Source: Marsupella aquatica (lineage: Eukaryota; Plantae; Marchantiophyta). From it: DNA of 64,000 nt. Below the pieces are notes generated by a model that ran no database searches, was not told the DNA's origin, and worked only from the letters and a program-made list of their open reading frames with translations. This document shows positions 58,008 through 64,000 of the stretch, piece by piece; position 1 is the stretch's first letter, and each line of letters starts with the position of its first letter. The translations under genes were made by a program, and so were the position numbers. The stretch covers positions 6,808,184 through 6,872,183 of the forward strand of contig OZ316895.1 in NCBI GenBank assembly GCA_973895155.1, given 5' to 3'.

Positions 58008-58525
58008 ACCCACGGGGGGGTGAGTTCAGGGGTTGAGGTGGGTTTCACTACTACTGTAACTAGTGTAAAGCAAGTGGCGTGATTGGTCTAAGACGGGTTT
58101 TCGGAGTTTAGCCATTTCCTAAGCAAATAACCTGATTGATCTATGACAGGTGTTTTACCATTTCCTACACCTACGGGTGAGTTGAGGGTTGAGGTTGGTT
58201 TTAGTAAGCAAATAACCTGATTGGTCTTTCAAAGACAGGTTTATGGTGTTTCACCATTTCTCGAAGTCCTTGCTATTTCCTAATTTGTGTTGAGGTGAGT
58301 TTACTAAGAAAATAATATGATTGGTCTCTTGACGACAGGTTTCTGGTGTTTAACAATATTTTGGATGTAGGTGAGTTTACTAAGAAAATAATATGATTGG
58401 TCTCTTTGAAGACAGGTTTCTGGTGTTTAACAATGTTTGGAAGTACTTGCATTTCAATAATTTTTGGCACAACCCCACGGGGTGAGTTGAGGGTTAAGGT
58501 TGGTTAAACTAGGTAAATAACCTGA
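58008..58525. repeat. Degenerate composite tandem repeats upstream of SBE
   Basis: ACGGG(G)TGAGTT(C/G)AGGG..TT.AGGT at ~58012, ~58173 and ~58457. TAAG(C/A)AAATAA...TGATTGGTC and GACAGGTTT.TGGTGTTT recur between them. Confidence 0.75.
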
Positions 58526-59320
58526 ATGCCCATTCTTTGAATATTAATAGAAACAATGATAAAAATTATCATGTCTGATCATCACTTTGACATACATAAT
58601 ATCCCATCATTTTTTCCATCCACACAAATTTGGGTGGAACCCTAGAGTCATGATCTAGAGGCTTCACTCTACAAGCCTACACCCCAACTCTAGTTACTCT
58701 TCATGCTATATTCCTAATGTGATTTTTTTTGCTAAAATGTCTGATGAGTAAGTTTTTTTGGACTGCTGTTAAATGTAATGTAAAGGAGGGCTAGGCAGGG
58801 GTTCTAACGCGATTCTTGCTCCCAGATATTGAGCAAGTCACAAGGTCACAAGCTAGTAACCCCAGACCAGACCATCATTATCCTATATTTATCTTGCACA
58901 CTATTACATGCAAGCTAACCCGTCTATCATTTTTTTAAAATTTGTTGAGTGAGAAGAAATACTGGCCATTCACTGTGAAATTGTTCCATAGGCTAAAACA
59001 CCTCCTGCATACACTTTGCCTCACAAAGGGAATGGAATTCCACATGTAGCTGAAGACATTTGCATTGATGGGACCAAATGCAAGTATTTATGTTCAAAAA
59101 GGTTGCAAACACATGATTTGGCTAGGTATCAGCAAAGCACAAGTAAACTCAGAACCCTTGTGAGTTAGGAAACATTAAAACAGACATCTCTGGAAAATCT
59201 AGCAGCAAGTGGAAATGGGGAGGAATAAAATTCCAGACAAGCTAGCTTAAAAAATATTTCAGACATAAGGCAATGTGCCCATGTTGTCTGTTGTGATAAG
59301 TTGCAAGCACATGGATCCAC

Positions 59321-59602
59321 TAGGGCGTCTCAATCCTATAGCTTTGCGGGCTCCTTCCGGTCACCCGGATGCCTCAGGTCGCTTCCTGAAAATGAACACC
59401 GGGCCCCAAAATCGGGTGCTCAAAAAATGGAGGTTGAACCTTGACTCGAACCTAATTTAAGTCAGTCCGTGACGGACAGAGTCTAAGTCCGGGTCATTAA
59501 AAAAACCGGTAAAAAATTTGCGGGAGTGAACTCGGTGGGCCGACCACCTGATTCGGACTACCCGGGTCATGGAATGCAAAAGTTTATCTTTGAGACGCCC
59601 TA
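59321..59602. mobile_element. Small hAT-like non-autonomous element
   Basis: 13-bp TIR TAGGGCGTCTCAA / TTGAGACGCCCTA with internal CCGG/ACCCGG motifs. No clear 8-bp target-site duplication. Confidence 0.55.
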
Positions 59603-60829
59603 CTAGATCTCAGGCAAATACAAGGAAAAGTCCACGACCTTGTTAATTAGGAAAAGAATTTCATGATTCATGGCTGTGTGCCGAGCTGTGTGCCCATGAT
59701 TTTTGTTCTCATGGGTTGCAAAGCACACGATTCCACTACATCAGCCAAATTCAAGGAAAAGTCCACGACCTTGTTAATTAGGAAAAAGAATTTATTGAAT
59801 CCTAAGCAAGTAAAAATAAATTTGCCTGTTCAGACCCACTATCCTAGTCACCTCTAGGGTAACCCTGTGGGCAAGGTAACAGGCGGCCTTGTTTGTCATG
59901 GAACCGCATCCCACTGTCAGCTGCCACATGTCGTGTGGGCGTTTGAGGAGAGGAGTTGGTCAGCAAGAGCTGGCACCGAGAATGGACGGAATGCTGACTA
60001 GCCAGTGGCTCGCCCAACATTCTTGCCAAAAAAGGCACAACAGTAATGATACCTTGGTAAATCAATAAAGTAGATCAGTAATTAGAAGGCAGCACATTCC
60101 CAAACGGCCCCCCTCGTGAGGAGCATAATTATTATTCCAACAAAATTTCATTCGAAGAGCACCGTCTATTCCCAATATCTAACGCCCACAGTTATCCGAG
60201 GGCAGTCAATTTATTCTAAGAAAAATCATTGCGGAATAATAAGGGCACTTTTCAAAGGCGTAACAAAACATATCGAGGCTTGCCTTGAGCCGTCCGTGAG
60301 GGGATGAACGGTCCAGATGAGCGTTTTTGCGGATGAACTGAAGGGCCTCTGGTTGGGGGAGTAGCCGCATAGAAGATTCCATAAATTTACGCAAAAGACC
60401 AGAATTACCCCGCCCCCAGAAAAGGAAGAATGTTTGAACAGACAAAGTCCAAGCACATTATTATTTTTTATTCTTATTTTATTGGAGTCCGTGATCATTT
60501 GTTGAGAAGTGCCGTTGGAGGTGCTTCTTGACCTCCCAGGATGGAGGCGGGAGAATTGGGGTTGGGACTTGACTCACTTGAGACACTGAGCTACAGTGGA
60601 TCTATCAACTTAGAGCTTTTTCATGGGACCAGCTCACCAGCCATTGGGATCCGCGTCCCTAATTTGTAGTTTAGCCTGCCTACGTTAAAAGTGGGACCAA
60701 GGACAATTCTGGCAATAGCTACAGTAGTGTGGCTGCTATTGCCAAGCCTTGGTCTCGCCAGCATTGGAAACGCCTGCTGGATGACGAAAGGAAGGAGAGT
60801 TGACCCTCGAGCCCAGGGCTTGTGCTGCA

Positions 60830-61310
60830 TATTATATATATCAAACTGCCAAAGAGCAGGAGACACTAAACCAGGAGACAGGATCCCACAGGCCAAAAAA
60901 CCCCAATCAAGAGAAAACAAGAAAAAAGGCCAAAAGGCCAAAGAGCAAAAACAAAAAAGACAGGCACAAGCCCAGCCCAAGGAGAACAAAGGACACACAA
61001 ACCTAAAGACTACCCAACGGCAAAGTGAAGGGCCTGATAAAGCTCCGTCGTGAACTGCATAGGGGGGTCAAGCAATGGAATCCGACTAGATGCCCAGACT
61101 CCAACCGCCTCGCCTCTACGAAGGATAGTGAAGGCCTGTGCACGCTGAAGTACAATGGACACCCTCTGTCTAAAAAAAGATGTGATAACAGAGACGGGTG
61201 GATAAGGCCGCCGCTCGACATAATGAACCGCACAGGAACGCAAGAACTGGTCAAAAGTCGGGTGCAGCGCTCCAAAGACCTCCACGACAAACGGGTAGAA
61301 ACGGGTAGGC
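60830..61310 (-). mobile_element. 5'-truncated CRE-like (restriction-like endonuclease) non-LTR retrotransposon end
   Basis: The ORF remnant FYPFVVEVFGALHPTFDQFLRSCA...SFFRQRVSIVLQRAQA matches the C-terminal pattern of RLE-bearing CRE-clade elements. A stop at 61010 is followed by a T/G-rich 3' tail. Confidence 0.72.
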
Positions 61311-63581
61311 ATATTTGGTGTGAAACTTACCATTCACTGCATTACCTTTACACCCTCATGTCAATGGTTGCATGTGCACCTTGCATTCATAACCCCTTGT
61401 ATGTGTTAATTAATGCCTGCAGGCAAGCAGGTGGGTCCCTGGCTGTCATCGTTGGCCATAGATTTTTTTTTAGATTTAGCTAATTGCCTATTTACATAAC
61501 CTATGTGAGGGCCTTAGCTAAATCTAAAAAAATGCAGAACGTTTTGCGATTCAGCCCTTTTTCCAAAATACCACGTCCAGGGGTGGTACTTCTTGTCGGT
61601 TTCAGGCCCATCTGGCTTTTTTAAATTTAACCCAAATAAAGTCAAGACTTGGAAAAGGACACACACAAATTGCCTGACAACCTAGCTTTAAAATGGGCCC
61701 CAGGCCATGTAAAGTGAACTTTTATCACTTTTGACTTGTGAACCGTCCACACTAGATTTATGAGGTATTTGGGCAGAGAGGTTATGTAACGCCATAACCG
61801 GGCTAAGATTTGCACGTAGCCACCCGCAATTGAGCCCCTTTCACTACCACAGTGGCATCAGCAAAACATAAAGAATTATTACTGATCCGGTACTTCCCTG
61901 CAGTTGACAACATTCTTCAAAACTATTTTTAGGAGTACGGAACTCTACACGCGTCGCATATAGGACGGGGTACTTGCACACTGGTACCGATTTATATGCA
62001 AAGTCATCGGCTGCAAGAATGAATGGGCCCACAAAGAGTTTTGGCACCAGTAGCATGGTAACTGAGTAAGTCCCTTGCATGCATGACGCATGCATCCTCG
62101 TGAGTATGGGATCCGTAGGGACGCCGCAAGAAGAAAGGAAGGACTGCAGTAGTGATAATGAGTGGGCGACCAGAGCTGTGGGCGTGCTACCCAGTTGGAG
62201 TTGAGCAAAACTGGCTTACCAGAGTGGGCAACCAGATATGTAAATAAGTGCAAAGGAACAAAAAGGTAGGACCCTGAGACATGATCCTAAAAGGAAAAAA
62301 CCCAATAAAGGGGGAAAACAAAGGAGAAAACTGGGAAACCACAAGTGCCAAAACTCTGCTGAAGAGCCAAAAAAACAAACAAACCAAAAACCCCACATGG
62401 CCAAAGACCAAAACCCCCACCGAACAGCAGAAGAATAAGAGCCCTACTGAGCCACGTACTGAAACGCTTGGTAGAACTCCCAGATGAACATGAGGTGTAG
62501 GCATGGTACCCAGGGGAGGCATGGTACCCTGTGGAGTTGAGCAAAGTTGTTCGCCAGAATGGGCGACCAGAGTTGTAGGCATGGTACACGGTAGTGGAAT
62601 TGATCAAAGATTGTTCTCCAGAAGGAATGGATGGCACTTGTGGCAGGACGAAACAAAGTGGGGTAGCGACATGTATGGATAAAGGTGTGGCACCAGTTTC
62701 TGTCTTAGGGCTGTTTTGAATGTAGGTAGGTACCCCCCTCAGCCTAATTGATGCCATCATATGATAGAGTACGAATTTAATGTATGTAGCCCCTCCTGCT
62801 GGCAGTTGGTATGGAGATCCAAGGGCTCCAAGGGCAAAGGCTGCAGACGTTCCCGCCCTTGCACTCCCAACTTCTGAGAAACTAGAACAAACCGAACAAA
62901 TTCAGGTGATGGAGTGCACAATGTAGCACTTCAGGGGTTATGTTCTCTCAAGCGTCACAAGTGTCAGTGGGCTGCCGCTAACCAGAACCATTAGATTCTC
63001 TGATCAGTTGCCAGTCACATTCTCAGTGCAGTTTGGGGAGTTTTGAGAGTCTACAATTTGAGGGCCAGCTACTATAGATGCAAGACAGCCCTTAGTGGAC
63101 TAGAGTTGTGTTCTCGATGTGTTTAGGGTCTCGATCATCAGATGTGAGCAGTCCTACTAGTCCGCCAAACAGACCAGCTGGGAGGACTTGGGCATTTCTG
63201 GAGCCAAAAACGATCCGCACTGGCTCAGCAATCAATAAATGTGTCTCCCCACCCCATCTGTGTATGAGCCTGGCAAGCCACTCCTACGCTCCAGAAGCGG
63301 GTGGGGAGACTATCCCTGGAGTAGCCCATAATTCAACAACTGAGATCAATTCTAGGAGATTCTAGGAGATTTCATCAGACAGCGATTGAGTGGTCCCAAC
63401 TCCCATCCTTGTTACATTTTTAAAGACGTGAACTGTGGGGTACAATTCCATTCGAGGAACCCCAGCTAGTCGCCTGCATCAAAAGAGACTTGCCACTTTG
63501 GGTAGTGGTTAGTCATTTTACTGGGCACCACTGATGAGTTGCTCTGACTACTACTGGAGGATTCTGTTTTCTTCCCCTTTA

Positions 63582-63733
63582 GATTCTCCTGGCCTTCGAG
63601 ACCTTGCCACCTGGTTTTGGTGTCCTCTGTTACGTTTTAAGTCGGAGGTTCCGAGCGGATTCTCCTGGTCTTTGAGACCTTGCCACCTGGTTTTGGTGTC
63701 CTCTGTTACGTTTTAAGTAGGAGGTTCCGAGCG
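63582..63733. repeat. Two-copy tandem duplication (76 bp)
   Basis: GATTCTCCTGG.CTT.GAGACCTTGCCACC...GAGGTTCCGAGCGG at 63582 and 63658. Confidence 0.92.
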
Positions 63734-64000
63734 GGTCGTTGCCAAGCTGCTGTTTCCGTGTTCGTTTCCTTTTGGTGTGTCCTCTGATGCTTTCCAGTAT
63801 ATACAATCCGAGCGTGTTGTTGACCAGAAATCTGCCTCTGTTCCTGTAGTTCGAGATCTTGAATCGGCCGAATGATGACTTCATGCGAAAAACTTTTGCT
63901 AGACCCGACGAAGGTGAGGAGCCTCTTGAATGACCGTTCCATGCTCTGGGTTCCCACGGGAGATGCAAGATTCACCTGTAAGGCTGTTGTGATCGAACCC

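Noticed and set aside
62800-64000. Short ORFs at the window end as a retroelement ORF
   Set aside because: No gag, endonuclease or RT motif is identifiable, and the region is cut off by the window edge.

Overview
Eukaryotic nuclear DNA from a land plant, most likely a non-seed plant such as a bryophyte. That is an inference from the cytochrome-b5 front-end desaturase, a CRE-type retroelement fragment and the plant-specific gene set. I can support seven protein-coding genes, with the spliced ones reconstructed by hand from splice sites and reading frame: a front-end fatty-acid desaturase (-), a three-exon RNA polymerase IV/V subunit 7 (NRPD7/NRPE7-like, +), BolA4 (+), CPR5 (-), UXT (-, with a U12-type intron), a subtilase (-) and a class I starch branching enzyme (-). 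The intergenic DNA holds PIF/Harbinger-type MITEs (one nested), MULE and non-LTR retroelement relics, foldbacks, many tandem duplications and two partial copies of the subtilase 5' region. The main observation is that the Pol IV/V subunit 7 carries an ~80-aa C-terminal tail with five regularly spaced GW/WG motifs, a candidate Argonaute hook on the polymerase stalk. The ORF track shows this gene only as two unrelated fragments. Family calls come from motif recognition, not database searches.
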